Below are positions 1 through 13,423 of a stretch of 64,000 nucleotides of DNA, piece after piece. The notes beneath the pieces were generated by a model. That model did no database searches. It was not told the DNA's origin and saw only the letters and a list, made by a program, of their open reading frames with translations. The stretch covers positions 496,001 through 560,000 of the forward strand of contig CDLV01000018.1 of the NCBI GenBank assembly GCA_001244265.2, read 5' to 3'. The first letter of the stretch is position 1, and each line of letters opens with the position of its first letter. The position numbers were made by a program, and so were the translations under genes. This DNA comes from Microbotryum violaceum. Taxonomy: Eukaryota.

Positions 1-550
1 TTGGTGCCTGGAGGCGGATGCGGATGTCGAAGAGGTGGCGTGTGAAGCAGCCGTCCGGGGCCCGGAGCTGGAAGACCCACTTCGCGTGATCGATTGCTAG
101 ACGCCGAGGCAGATCAATCAAACCGAAGCCGCCGTGATCAAGAGGGGTGCAGAGGCGCGACCGGGAGACCTTCGGACGTCGCTGAGTAGCATCCGAAGCT
201 CGACCGTGAATGGCGAGCATGGCGGCCTCCTCGATCTCCTTGACAACGCTCTTGGGGGCGGGAAGGAATCGGCTGTAGTACAAGATCTTTGTGTAGCAGT
301 AGATGTTGATGATCGAACACTTGGCTGCATATGGGAGATCGTACATCGGAATCGAGCGTATCCGAGCGATGGTCGAGGCCTTGACATCTTCCCAGCCCGC
401 ATCCTCGGCGATCTCCACCCCGACCTGAATACTAAGGTAGCGAAACTGCGAATCGCTGAGACGCCAGGTCCCGAGATCTGGGGCGATCGACCGATCCCGA
501 AAAATTAAGTCACTCCGAAGAGGGGGAGAGGGAAAGGAGAAAGATTTGGA
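1..550 (-). mobile_element. Truncated non-LTR retrotransposon (L1/Tx1-like) ORF2 fragment, RT thumb and downstream region; runs off the window start
   Basis: Manual minus-strand translation (absent from the ORF track) is open from ~550 to 1: SKSF...FRYLSIQVG...W...KCSIINIYCYTKILYY...PKVSRSRLCTPLDHGGFGLIDL...HAKWVFQL. This matches the L1-clade FxYLG and LxxPxxxGGxGLxDL motifs that follow the RT core. Confidence 0.8.
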
Positions 551-2391
551 CTAAGAGCGTTGGCGTGCATCACAGCTCTGTGGGCGATTGCACAAGTACT
601 CCCTAATAATAGGTCAATCTCATTAGCAAGTTGCCCTAGTCCTGGGGCCATCCAGCAACCCGGGTTGCAGGCGGGCAACATGTATGGCTACGCCGCGCGG
701 AAGCGAGGGTCGAAGGCGCGCCGCGCGCGCCACTTTTTAGCGTGCTTATGTATATAGCCAGAGGTGGGATCATCGCACAAAGCCAAACCCGGCTCGTGAC
801 CTCGGCCCCACATCTGCAGTGTACCGCCGGGGCTGGGATCAGATCAGATCCGCAACCACTCAGCAACCACTTTCTACCTTCACTTCCAGACACTCCTTCT
901 TCAATTTATTCAAACTGGTATAAAACTTTTATAACAGAATCGCGAGCGCAGATTCCTCACTTCCAACACCTTTCGGTCCTGCAAGTTCTGACTGGTTCGG
1001 CCCCTGAAATAGTGAAGGGTCGGAACCCGCCATCTTCAAGACGCTTGAAACACTCTCCGGCAGCGCGGCCCGGGGATGCGGGATCTAGAGTGTTTTGTGG
1101 CAGTTCTCCATGCAGTCGTTTTAACTAAGACGGGGATTGGAAGGTACATGCTCGACTGAATGCGCCGATCGGATAGGCCAGCCCTGGCAGTGGCAGTGCA
1201 GCGAGCCGGCTCCATATAACGCCCGGAGCGCGCCGAGTTGGCGTGTTGGGAATGAGGGTTAGGAATCGCGCGCGTTCATTGGTAATCTGTTTAGAAGCGC
1301 TCGTCTGTTTAGTGAAGCCTGGCGATGCGCACCAACCGTTGTCTTCTCGCCACGGTTAGATTACACGCTCGTCAGTCTCTTATTCGCCGGACACGCTGAA
1401 AACTCACGGCTTCTCAGTCTGGTAGTCCTCGTTACAAGACGGAACAACGCAGCCGCCTATGCATGCCGTTTAGCTGTGACTAGTGAAGCTGAATTGGTCA
1501 TATGAATCCAGGTCCTACCAAGTAAAAAAACTTCGGGCCCGACTTTGCCATTGACGCCTGTCATCGCCGCACTGATCATCATCTCCCCCCCCCCCCCCCT
1601 CCTTCCTTCCTCCCTCCCCACACTCGCTTCGATCTATATCCACCATGAATGTTAGTCCGAGTAGCTATGCAGAACCCTCCACCTCATTTTGACTGAGACT
1701 GTCCTTGGTAACATACCAATTCATAAAGATTCAACGGCCCACGTATAAGCTTGAATAAGATTAGGAGCTGTCCTCCGCGTCCAGGGGCAACTGCTGAATG
1801 GTGCCTACGCAAATTGTTGAACAAATTCTCAACCTAAACATGATAGATCACAACCTCAGCCAACAAGTAGATATTACTCCACTTTCTCCGTTGATTATCA
1901 GTCCTTTCTTGAAAAGGCGACTCACCACCTGTTACAGGTGCTCATTTCGCAGTCGGGCATGATATGGACCGCACACTCGTAGCGACATTTTTTGTTCCTG
2001 GCAAGACAAGAGTACAGCAGCGAGTCAATCCCTAGAGCTTCAGAAGGGGAAAGCGGATCTTCAGATTCCGTTTGGGGCAACAACGTACCATTCCATACAA
2101 TTCAGGAAGTTGCAAGGCAACGCCAGCGTCCTTGCCTTGCCGGGAGTAATCGCTGCGGCCCTCGCATGTCGCGCGAGGAAGACGACGAGGAGGAGGAAGG
2201 CGAGTGATTTGATCATGTGGTTAAAACGACGCTGATGACGGTGAACAACACAAGAGGGAGAGCAGTCGTAATAGTTAAGAAGAAAGCCAAAGGGCGTGGT
2301 CCTGCTCGGACATTGTGGTACTCGGGATTTCGTCGGAATCGACATTTTAATTCATGTATTCGGCATTTCTAGCTGTCAAGGGAACTGCGGG

Positions 2392-2453
2392 TGTAGCGAG
2401 CCGAGTTCAGGAGTCATTTCGGTTGTAGCGGGGCCGAGTTCCGGAGTCATTTC
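2392..2453. repeat. Two-copy imperfect direct repeat (~30 bp)
   Basis: tgtagcgagccgagttcaggagtcatttc followed by tgtagcggggccgagttccggagtcatttc. Confidence 0.6.
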
Positions 2454-3329
2454 AAATTGTCAAGGTCAACATCGGTTCCGGCAGGGTCAAACACCGATTT
2501 CGGCAGACTTCTCACCGATAAAGCGCTTCCAGGTAAACTCAGTACTTCGATGGCTCAAGGATCAAGTATTAGCGACAAGGCATGCGGGAGGAAATATGAA
2601 GCTGAACTCAGGTTTGTTTTCGGAAGGATCAGTCTGAAGGTATGGGTCCTACTGAAGTGGACAATTCATCACTACTCACTCCCTTCTGGTACGACAGAAG
2701 TCGAAGGACTACAGCCAGTGATGGTAGTGCCGAAATAGCCGATGGACTTCACCGAAGTGTATAAGCACATCATGAGGAAAGCCGAAAAATGCCGAAGCAT
2801 AGGAGACACCGCCCCTCCCGCGCTTAGCGCCCCTCCCGTCCCACATCGCGAGCAGACACCGACAACACCTCCTAAGTGAGCCGTGAGTCGCTCTCAGCCT
2901 GGCCGTGGGGAGAACGGAGCCGCTCATCCCGCGGATATTGCCAGGTGTTGTGAGATGAGCTCAACAGATACCTTTCAGATCATCACCTTGACAATTTCGG
3001 TCGATTAGACAGGGTGAGGCTTCGTCTCGCTGTCGAACTCCGAGCGGCCGGCAGTATCATTTGGCACATGACCGTCCTCTTTAATCTCGCTGTTCTGCAA
3101 AAAGATACCGAGCCCTCGGTTCCATGGAGTTCAGATAACTGCCCGCCGAACTCATTGGGGCACACCGTTTTGTGATGTTCTCGCACGACCTGAGTGGCCT
3201 GCTGACGGCAAGATTTTGGCGGACAACTGCTACTAGTTCGGAGATGAACCGAGCTGAAGCTCAGGCAGCTCGGACATCTCTCAGAAGTTTGCGCAACTCT
3301 ACGGTGCGGAGGTCGCACAAAGATATGAT

Positions 3330-5412
3330 GTGATACCAGCATTGGCTTGGGGTTCTCAAAATCCGAGCATCAGGCATGATGTCACATCATCCGCCATCGT
3401 TCATCGGCCGTCGTCATCACCGCTCGCACCGCTTTCTCTTTTCTCGGCGACGATCGTGCCTGGGCGCTGGGTGCCAAGCGCGGCGTTCGACGTTGACACG
3501 CGCGACTCGCATTCGACGGTCTTCAATCTTGACCGTTCTCATTCTGTCCCACTAGGCGTAGACAAGCGATTTGGATGGTTCGTTCCCCATATCTCCAGCT
3601 TACTACGGAGCCCATACTAATCCCCAGCTTGATTCCCCGGGTAGAACTTCCTGACGCAATTCGTCGCAAGCCCCAACGAGGTTGCACCGCCCCGAGCAGT
3701 TCGCATCTCGTCCGCGACGCAGGCTCCCTTTGAGGATCCAAGGGCACACCATACCCATAGTCATCGTCATCGACAGGATAGTGATCTTTCGGACAATCAA
3801 GCTTCATCTCTATCCGAGTCGACGAGCTCGTGCTCGTGCTCGTGGAAGGGCAGCGCCCAAGGTAGCACTTCCACTTTCGTCCTCGGTGACTCTAGCGTTT
3901 TACCATCCGTCGAACTTGAAGGTTCCACCGGCCCGACGAACTCTGAGACTTCCACAGCCAACCCAGCTGTTTCGGGTCACGACGCAGACAGGATCAGTCT
4001 GAGCGATCGATCGAATCGCTCTTCTCTACGACGAGACTCGAAAAAGAGTGATAGTTCCTCCTTTTACAGCTTCACGAGTTCGGTCGATTGGCAAGCGCAG
4101 GAAGAGAAGACGGCCGAGAAATTTGCTCACCTCCGACACGACTTTGTCACCGAGGAACCGGAGGAGGTGCCCGAGATTGAGCCTATGATCGAGCCACCGT
4201 CTTTGAAGAAGGGGGATGTGAGGACTTTTTCACCGAAAGTGGTCGCAACCGTGGCGCTGTGGGAGGATGGGACGCTCCGCTCGTTGAAAGGGAAAGGAAG
4301 CGCAAACAAAACGGATCGCGATGCGGTCGAGCAATGGACTGTTGAGGGGGTGTTGTGGATCACTCGCAAGGTCAGACGAGCGCAAACGAGCGAGACCAAT
4401 ACTCTAGATGCTAAAGTTACGTTCTTACTCTTGCCTGACAGTCGGAGCTCATCTTCGTCATCGACCAGTCGGTCCCACCCCGCCGCTTCATAGCGGCTCG
4501 TCCTGCCTTCAAGTCGCGCCGTTCCTCCTCCCTCTTCCACTTTGGTCGAAGTGGGAGCAAGTCCCGTTCTACGTCCCCCGCCTCCTCAATAAAGTCCGAT
4601 CGAGCCCTTCGGTTGAGTAAATCGATGGATTATCGCTCGCCCAACGTCTCACCGCCTCGTAAACGATCGTACCTCCGACGATTGTTCAGCTCCAAAAAAC
4701 ATGACAGCGACGACGAGGACGACGATGATCGCTCCTTCTCTCGAGCCACGACAATCAACACTGCCCAAAATCTCAGGTTCTCTCGAACGGTGACGAGCGA
4801 TAAAGTGATTCTGCATGGGCGCAAATACGAATCCTCGAACGCGGTCGCATTCCAAGATTTTCATTCTTCGACACCTAGCGAGTCGACTCCCCTTCCTTGC
4901 CCCTTCCCGGAAATAAACCATCGACCAATTTCGAGTCTTTATGTTTCTTCACCCAATTTGATCACGAAATTAGTGTACCATCCTGCCAGTCGACCAAGTA
5001 GGAGTCGATTCGGTTCCGTGCACACGCTCGAATCCTCCGCCGGCGATCTACTACTCGCTCCTCATCCACTTCATCGTCATGGTTCCATAACTCCGCCTGC
5101 CGATGGAATAGCACCCGAAACGACTCTACCAAGTCGTACGTCACCAAGTTTGGAAATGGACGTCGCGCCTTTGGTCAAGATGAGTCGTTTGGGATCGCGC
5201 GCGACGAGAGAGGAGGAAGCGGGTCACTTGAGGGAGGTGACGGTCACCATCCATTTCGATATGGGCGGCGGAGGCTTATTGTCAAAGTGAGTTTCGCTTT
5301 GCTCAGTCCTTCTCACGGGTAATCGCTGATATTATTGCCCAACGACAGTGACGAAGACGAAGCACAACAATTCTACGAGCATCTATGCAACCTGATGGAA
5401 CGAAGCAAATGA
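3330..5412 (+). CDS. Spliced hypothetical Ser-rich protein; 5' end uncertain
   Basis: Open frame 3645-4440, GT-AG intron 4441-4493, open frame to 5286, intron (gtgagt...cag), last exon DEDEAQQFYEHLCNLMERSK* ending 5412. Confidence 0.55.
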
Positions 5413-5670
5413 AAAGACTTAACGACCAAGTTGGCGGTTAGTCCCAGCCTCGCACAAGCACATATAGTTGTACTGCTCTTCACGCATTCGTTTCACCTCT
5501 CCCGACCTCTTTTTGCGAGGTTATTACCAATTTATGCCTCCCCTCTCTCTCTCTCTCAAAAAGAGTCCGACCAAGTCGTAATCTTATGTACTGTAAGGAG
5601 GAAGCTTCCCCAACATGTGCTGCATCACCAAGAGAAACATAATTTCAATAGTGAGATCACGCAAAAAAAC

Positions 5671-7107
5671 CTAGAACAACAATCTCGCCGCGACGCCATC
5701 CCCACTGGGTGCAAGTAAATCGCTCCCCGTTGTCGGGGTTTTGCCACCGCCCGTTCCCGGGATACTCGGGACTTGAGGTGTATGCAACACACCCCTCCCT
5801 CCCGCCAAAAACCCGACCCACATCGCGATCGCGAGGACGAGGTGCAGAACGGCGATGACGATGAGCAAGGCTCGCGAGGATACGTTGGGTGCGGTGGTGA
5901 TGACGGGGTAGAGATTGCGTAGGAGGAAGGCGCCAGAGAGAGCGGTTGCGATCAAGACGAGAACCGCTCGAAGAGGTGAGTAAGGGATCAGGGTGAGCCA
6001 CTGTGGTTTTGACAGTCAGAAGCTGCGGGTCAGTGCGTGGTCAACCGCAAGGGCTCGTGGAAAGAGATGAGCTTTTGGACTTGCGGCTGTGACGATCCAG
6101 ATGGTGGCTTGGTAACCATACAGCGAGACGATCTCGACCGCTGACCGCTCCGTCGACCCAGCCCAGTACTTGAGAGCAACCCAAATGATAAAGGGGAGGC
6201 CGAGGCAGTACATGTACCTGTAGGAGTCAGAAGAGGGCGGATGAGCATCGAAGAATTGATCGAGGAGTTAGAGAGGAGGCCTTACACGAGCGAGACGGCA
6301 GCTCCGAGTCGGGTAAAGTCGTAGGTGTACTGTTCACCCGCAAGATAGGCCTCGACCGACGCGGAGAGAGAGGAGATGAGGAAGAGGGAGAAGATGAGGG
6401 TTGTCGGGATCCAAAAGGGGCCTGGGAGGGGGAGAACGGGCTTGAGCACACGCGCCACAGGAACGAATTGCTCTCGCGTGGTGAACATGAACGCACCGTA
6501 GAGGTCGGGTACGCCGGAGAGTACTTCTCCGATATAGTCCTCGCGTGGGAGGAACGTCCTTGCGCCGCGTGTGAGCACGGTGACGGTATCGACATCAAAG
6601 TAGCCCGTGTCTGCGCGAGTGGAGTTGTGTCGGCTCGGATCAGGGTGACGGCTCATCAAAACACAACACGATGGCTATGGCTGACGAGTGGAACGTACAG
6701 AAATCGAGGTTGAGCACTCCCCCGGACTTTGTGGCGCCGTTGAGGGTCTGTTCGAAGCGCTGCTCGGCCTCGTACAGGTTGCTCGGCGCTGAGGAGCCTC
6801 CCCCGCCAACGCTGCCGGAGCGAGACCCGCCCGAGGGGGAGATCCGACCCGAGGGCACATCCGAGGCGATTGTAGTCGAGCCAAAGTCTGTTCCAGGAAG
6901 TGTCGAGAGGTCGGTCGAGACGGTGTACAGTCGGAGCGGGAGCGGGCGAGCGTGACGTTGACGGGCACCGTTCATTCAGTCAGCTCTCAGAGTGCTAGGC
7001 TTGTGACGTGGTCCACACACACACACGGGTGACTAACCTTGGAAAGCTAGCGGTTGAGTAGCCGACTCGTCGGCATCGAACAGGGTGCTGCTATTCTGGC
7101 GCGACAT
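5671..7107 (-). CDS. Yip1-domain Golgi membrane protein (YIPF1/2, Yip5-like), multi-exon
   Basis: Exons encode YFDVDT..VL.R, PDLYGPFWIPTTLIF, SLYGYQATIWI and hydrophobic TM segments; ATG at 7107 (MSRQNSSTLFDADE), stop at 5671. Confidence 0.85.
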
Positions 7108-7681
7108 GGTCGGTGCGACGGTGTTACGGAAGAGCGAGTGGGGAGACAGGAGGAGGGAGACAGGAGGAGGCGTGTCTGGCCGTGTCCAGCCCAAGAGGCG
7201 CGTCCAAGTTTCTTTCCAGCTCTACTATCCTCTCCCGAGCTCTCCAATCTCTTTAACTCTCACTCTTTCTGTTTCGACGACTGCCCAGATTCTTCTCGGC
7301 ACAAAACACGCGTCAGAAGAAATGGCATTCCCGACCCAAGAGTCTATACTGTAAGGGCTATGCCTCTCCATTTCTCTCGTTTGGTAATTAACTTCTAGCT
7401 GAAACTCGGTAACGACGTTTAACAAGTAACTCTCACCGCCTCGACTCGACTTCGATCTACGACCGTCCTCGCGACTCTCCGTGAGGCATAGCCCTTACAT
7501 ATATATATCCCCACCGAGCCCATATACTATACACCACTAGCCAGCACTAAACAGACAATTCGAGAAAGACAGGTTACGTGTATGCATTATGGGAACCGGA
7601 ACTAGGAACTAGGTATGAAAAAAAGCGGGTCATAGTAACTGGAAAGCGACCCATCATAAGGAACGGATATGGAGGCCTTGA

Positions 7682-10600
7682 TCATGACGGAAGCTGGTCA
7701 GGAAGCAACAGCTCGGCGAGTTGCTCGAGCCCAGGTCGGATGTAGTCGACGTTGGCGTAAATGGCGAACGAAATCACCGTGATCAAAACGGGGATCCCTG
7801 CAAGTACAGCGCAAAGATTATTGTTAGCATACAGTGCTAAAAAATTGCACATGACCTCATTGCGCAAAACCTACAGAACAGCCAGAGCATGCGATCCTGA
7901 TCGACACCTTGACGCTTGCGTCCGAGCGCGAGCTCGAGCTTCTCCTTGTTGAACTTGACGCGCGATTCGCGAGCCGCAGTCCTCGGTGTGGTCGCACCCG
8001 AAGGTGGGTTACTGACGATCGACGAGATTGACGTTGTCGAGGAAGCGAACGTGGCCGGGGCCGAACCGAGCGGTCGTTGCGACTTGGTCAATGGCGAGAG
8101 CGGCGCAAGCAATCGATCCGTGGGAGAGTACACAGGAGGTGGCGACGACGGGTTCTTGGTCGTGAACCATGCACTCCAATCTTTGCCGATGCCCGCCGCT
8201 CGCGCGGCTCGTTCGAGTGCAACCGACCTCTCTGTCATCGTCGCGTCCGAGTCGGCGTCCGAGTCATCGACGCGTGGCATGGTCGCCTGCTCGGACTTGC
8301 CGCCAAGGAAGGAAGGCATGCTCGCCATGGCCATGCCAGGAAAAGCCGTCAGTTCGGGCATGTGGTGCAGAGGCGCAAATGCGTTCGCCTTGGCCTTTTT
8401 CCACATGTCGGTCACTACACCGTTCGACTCGCCCGGTGCAGTCTTCTCCGAGTCGTCGGCGCTCAATCCGTTGGTCTTTCTCCTGCGCGAGAAAAGCCAG
8501 CCCGTCGGTGCGATCGAGCCTTGTTGCTTCGGTGATACGGTCGCCACGGTGGGCACTACAATCGGCTCTTTGACATCTGCAAAGAACGTTCCTCGAGTCA
8601 GCTCGGTGCAAGACAGGACGATGGAGAAGTGACCTCGTCAGGCTTACCAAGCGAGGTGACTACAGAAGTCTCTGGCCAGTCCGCCTCGGCAAGCACGTCT
8701 TCCTCAGCCTCGAGCAGATATTGCAGCGAGACGATGGAAGCATTGCGAGACGCGCGTCGCGAGAATTGGCGCTCGTCCTCGTCCACAGACTCGGCATCGT
8801 CTTCCTCCGAGTCAAATGCGCTGGCCGAAGGGCTCGAGTCCCAACTATCCGCGTCAGAGTCCGAATCATCCTCATCCGAAGAAGTCTGCTCCTCGGAGCC
8901 TGATCCGAGATCCGACAGCTCGTCAACTTCCGGGGCTTCGTACGACTGAACTTGAGAAGGTTGCACCATGGCGAAGCGGGGTCGTTGGGGCATCGACCTG
9001 TGCGGTCCACGACTCGCAGGCCGGCTGTGGCGCAGAATCTCTTCGACATCAACGTCGTCTCTCTCCTGGGCAATGTCGAGAGCGATCTTGCCCTGCAAGT
9101 TGCGCACGCCCGTAGCGGATCCGGCGTCGAGGAGCTGGCGAGCGATGGCGACTCGGCCGTACAGAGCTGCAAAGTGCAGCGCCGTGTAGCCACTGCGGTC
9201 ACGAACATCAACGTTGACTTGACGGGCGAGGAGGAACTGGGTCAGGCGATGGAAACCAAGAACGGTGGCGAGGTGCAGCAAGGTGTGGCCTTGGGCATTG
9301 GGGTGGGAGATGGGGGAGTGTGCCAGAGGCAGAGACGGCGCCGATCCGGGTATAAGCGAGGGGTCGAGGTCGAGCAACGACAGGAACTTGATGACGATCC
9401 CTTCAAAGTTTCGCGTCTCGCCTGCGGACGAGTAAGGCAGAGGTGCAGGCATGGGAGCAGGCGACGAAGCGCCACTCGTGCTCGCTGCCGAAGCTCGGCG
9501 CGAATGTGCGCGGGACGAAGGTCGCGACGATTCTGACGCCATGTACACAGAGGCGGCAGCGGCCTCGAGGCTCATGGCCAAGCTTGCAGCATCCCTGGAT
9601 ACGCTGTTCGCGGTCGGGCTGGTCGTACGACTGCCGTTGGTTGATGCGCCGCCGTTGGTGTTGTTGCTACCAGGACCGTTGCCGACGATGCGCATCGCCA
9701 CAGCGCTAGCATCCTCCAAGCGACCCGTCATCTTAAGTCCGACGACTTGCAGCGCAAGTTCGAGCAGCGAGCGATCCGAGTCGTCCTTGTAGGTGAACAG
9801 CTGCAGGCCCGTACCTTGCTCCACCGTGAGCGGTACACCCTTGATCCCAACGACGACGGGTCCAGGGTTCGCCGATGGTGGCAGCACGCATACAAGCGTG
9901 TTGGCAGACCAATAGTGCGTCGGCACCGCCGCGTTATCACCAAAGACGCACGTGAGGTTCGGCACAAAGTTGTTGCCCAGAACCGTGACCTCGATACCAC
10001 CATGTACGGGCCCTTCACCCGGGATCAAACGACTGATGCGCGGCTGGGGCGCTGCCGACATTGCGGGCGAACGCAGTTGGTTCTGCAACAACGTCCAGTC
10101 GATACCGCTGGGGACGTTCGTAGCCAACGGTGTCGCAACGTGCGACGTTGATCCGTTTTGAGACGCCGGGTGAAGCAAGCTGGCCGCAGCTGCCGCCGAG
10201 TTGCCACCAAAAGCGCCTACGAGACCACTTGCGAACATCTGCTGCTCTCGTTGCTGTTGCTGTTGTTGTTGCTGCTGCTGCTGCAGGTACTGCTGCTGCT
10301 GCTGCTGGAGGTGGCGGTGCGCAAGCGACGACTGCGAGTCCACAACGGGCGACCGCGTAGCATTCGACAATGCCGGGATGCTGGTCGTCGTCATCGACGG
10401 CGGCGAGCTAAGACTGTTGAAGAAGGACTGGAACGAGTCATCGACCGAGGTCGTCGCCGAGCGGGGCGAGAACTGAGGCGAGCTACTGCGCGACGGCCAG
10501 TCGAAATGCGTCGACGACGAGCGAGCAGGCGAGGGCGCGGTCGAGACGTCGGTCGAGTGGGAGAGCGAGTTATTGCGCATACCAAGAGTCGAGTCGGTCA

Positions 10601-13423
10601 TCATTGTGTCGCCGCTGCTGCCAACTTCGGCAGCTGTGAGATCCATCCCGATCCCACCCACGAGACCAAGCGCCGACTCCCATTGCTCCACCCGTGGTTG
10701 CGGCTGCAGAGGTGAAGCGGCTGCCGATGCCGCGACCAGGGGCGTTGCCGCGGGAAGAGGAAGGTTTACGGAAGGCGCAGAACCCGGTGTAGAGCCTGAG
10801 ACAGCAGCGTCCGGCACCGGGCGGAGCGGCGGGGAAGGTTGACTCAGCGATGTCATGACGAAAGAAGGGGACCGATGTGACGTTCCATTCGACGAGCGCT
10901 TCCGAGGCGGTCGTTGAACCGAATCGTAAGGCTTGGCCTTTTTGCCCGAGCTCGGACTCATTTCGGATCGACTCGACGTGCGCGACAGGTTCACCGAGGA
11001 AACACCGCTCTTGGTCGACGGGGCGCTGTCTTCGTCGTCACTCTCAGTGTTCAAGCCTCCTGCAGCCCTCGATCGATTCGTTGTTCGCTTCGTCGGCTTC
11101 AACTGACCCGGCAATACCAGTGAAGCGGCGGAGATGACCTGATCGGTTTTGGATGGTGCGCCGTTCTTCTTTTTTGCCGCTTTAGCCTTCTTCGACGTGG
11201 ATGATTTGGACGAAGCGACAGATGGTGCAACGGAAGGTACAGCGGAAGGTACAGCGGAAGGTACAGCGGACTGCTCAACCGACTCGACGCTCATATCGAC
11301 GGAGCAAGCCGGTTTGGTGCCTGTTGTGGTCTTGTGATCATCCGTAATCATGATGGGCGGCGTCTGCCCCGTCGCCACGACATTGCCTTCATTGTCTCGC
11401 GCTTTGAACGCAACGACGAATCCCTTGCGCTCCTTGTGGTGTCGGCAGTAGCATGTGATGCGCGTAGGAATCACTGTCTCGCCACCGTTGAACTCGAGGA
11501 ACTCGCCGCAGTTGAAGACTACGACCTTCTGCTTCTCCTCCTCGAGATCGAAAACGAGCTCTTCACCCAAAGCGGCGGCGGTCTTGTTGCCTTTTTTGCG
11601 TTGCGCTCGTTTCATCTCGCGCTGCTGGCACCCGGTGCAGATCATGATTTCCTCGTTCGGCTGTGTGCTACGACGGACGGCAACTTCGAGAGTAAGGGTG
11701 TTGGCGGCAGGGGGATCCGGAGCTGTTGAACGAGGATCAAAAACTGTCAGCTTTTGCCCGACAGGTGAGACTATCCAATCACCCCATTCCCACTGACCAA
11801 TTTTGCCCGTCTTCTTCACCGGCCTCTTTTTCAGAGCGAGCGTCGAGGGCAAGCGCACATGCGTCCAATTGCCAATCCGGTCAAACGCCTGCGACGCTCC
11901 CGATTCTAATCCCCCATCAAGCGTCATGTACGCCTCACCGTGCATCTTGCCCGCCGCTGAAGAGGTCGACGCCACGGGATTGGCACCTTGCTGGAATTGC
12001 CTGTCCTTCACAAGCACCAAAGAGATCTTGATCTGCGTCTCTACGCGCGACTTGGCCCCGATCTTGGGAATACCGAGAGCGAGCAGTTGCACATCACCGA
12101 GACCACCGGCAGCACTGAGGCGCTTGCGGTCCGCTTCGCGAGTCAACCGCGTCAAGACCTGGGAAGCGATGACGGCGTCCTTGGTGACCAGGTTCAGCGA
12201 AGCTCCTCCCGCGCTTGCTGTGCTCGTCAAGGAAGGCTTTCGAGACGGGTCCCGCGAGGCGTTGTAGCTGGAAGCGTGGTCGGGGCTGCTGCTCCGGGAC
12301 ATGGCCGAGTCACCCTTCGCCTGCGACGCAGCTTGAGCAGGGCTGTCGTTCAGTACTCGACACTCTTTCTCCTCTTCTTCGTCTGTAGCCTCATGCTCCT
12401 TCTGTGCAGTCGCAACACGGTCGAGTGCCGCCTCGTCTTCGAGTTTCCTCTGCGCATTCAGCGGCGGAGAAGGGTTACCGCCCATCAGTTGCGGGGCGAT
12501 CCCGGCGTTGACAGCCGAAAGATCGACGGGCATCGACATAACCGCATGCCGAGAGGATGACGATGCAAAGCCGTTGCCGTTCCCTGATGCGACGGGTGAG
12601 CCAATGGTCGAAGGTCTGATCGTAGTATGGTCAAAGAGAGGCCTAAGCGCGTCAGTCAGATGCTTCACCCCAAAGCAAGCCCACCTATAGGAACTGACCC
12701 GCACTCGTGACCGTGAACGACGGACTCGAATTCTACTTCCATCTGATCCTCGAGCTGTTTGCGACGAGGCGAATCGTTGAAGCTCTTCGCGAGCATCGAG
12801 GCTCCCGCACTGCCGAGGGCGGAGGCGCCTTCTAGTAATTGGTTAGACGGGGTCGACGGCGAATGCACGGTCGTGTTGGGCGCTGTGGACCAGAAGTCTC
12901 GAGCTGAAAAAAGCGGTGCAGCGGAAATAGAGGAGGAATTTGCTGCTTCTGTTGCTGGTGCAGTGACTGCTGCGCGTGAAGGTCGAGCAGCGGCGAACGA
13001 GTCGAGATCATCGATGTCGATTGCGTCGCCGGACGAGGGTGGCGGAGGCGGAGAGGCCTCATGAGCGCCCGTCCAGTGGTAGTCGGCGCCTTGCAGCGCA
13101 TGCGCGGACCAGTTGGAATGACCGTCGTACATGCCGACGGTAGCTCCCCCGTTGGTTGATGCGGGTGATGAATCGGCTCTTGTTGTGGCTGTAGCGATGG
13201 GTGCGCTGCAAGTGGTGCCGAACGCGCCGGTGTGGCTGCCGTGACCGTGGCCGAGCAACGCAGGCGAATTCGCAGAGTGAACGAGGCCCGCACTGGTGCC
13301 CGAGTCAGATGGCGACGCTGACGACGGGTCCGACGACGTCGACGACGAGTCAAAGTCGGGGTCGTAAAAGTCCATCAACGCCGGCGGCGAGTTGTGGTGG
13401 TTGAGACCAATCAGGAACTCCAT
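7682..13423 (-). CDS. SPT23/MGA2: Spt23/Mga2-like ER-anchored transcription factor (IPT/TIG domain, ankyrin repeats, C-terminal TM)
   Basis: KSRVETQIKISL, RITCYCRHHKE..GF, PIMITDDHK, PRISRLIPGEGPVHGGIEVTVLG (IPT), GHTLLHLA/GYTALHFAA ankyrins, DRMLWLFWIPVL TM; several GT-AG introns. Confidence 0.92.

Noticed and set aside
630-670. Palindrome GCAACCCGGGTTGC near CTAG as a Helitron 3' end
   Set aside because: On the strand with the right order, CTAG is not followed by T, and no Rep/helicase sequence is visible.
1640-2240. Possible small multi-exon gene ending EEDDEEEEGE*
   Set aside because: No consistent exon chain or domain could be reconstructed.
10250-10310. CAG/CTG microsatellites (also 38480-38525)
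   Set aside because: Ordinary polyQ-coding tracts within SPT23 and NOT2.
7916-13064. Numerous plus-strand ORFs overlapping SPT23, and similar antisense ORFs over FAP1, PGM, the MFS genes and SSD1
   Set aside because: Shadow ORFs of GC-rich coding sequence with no recognisable motifs.
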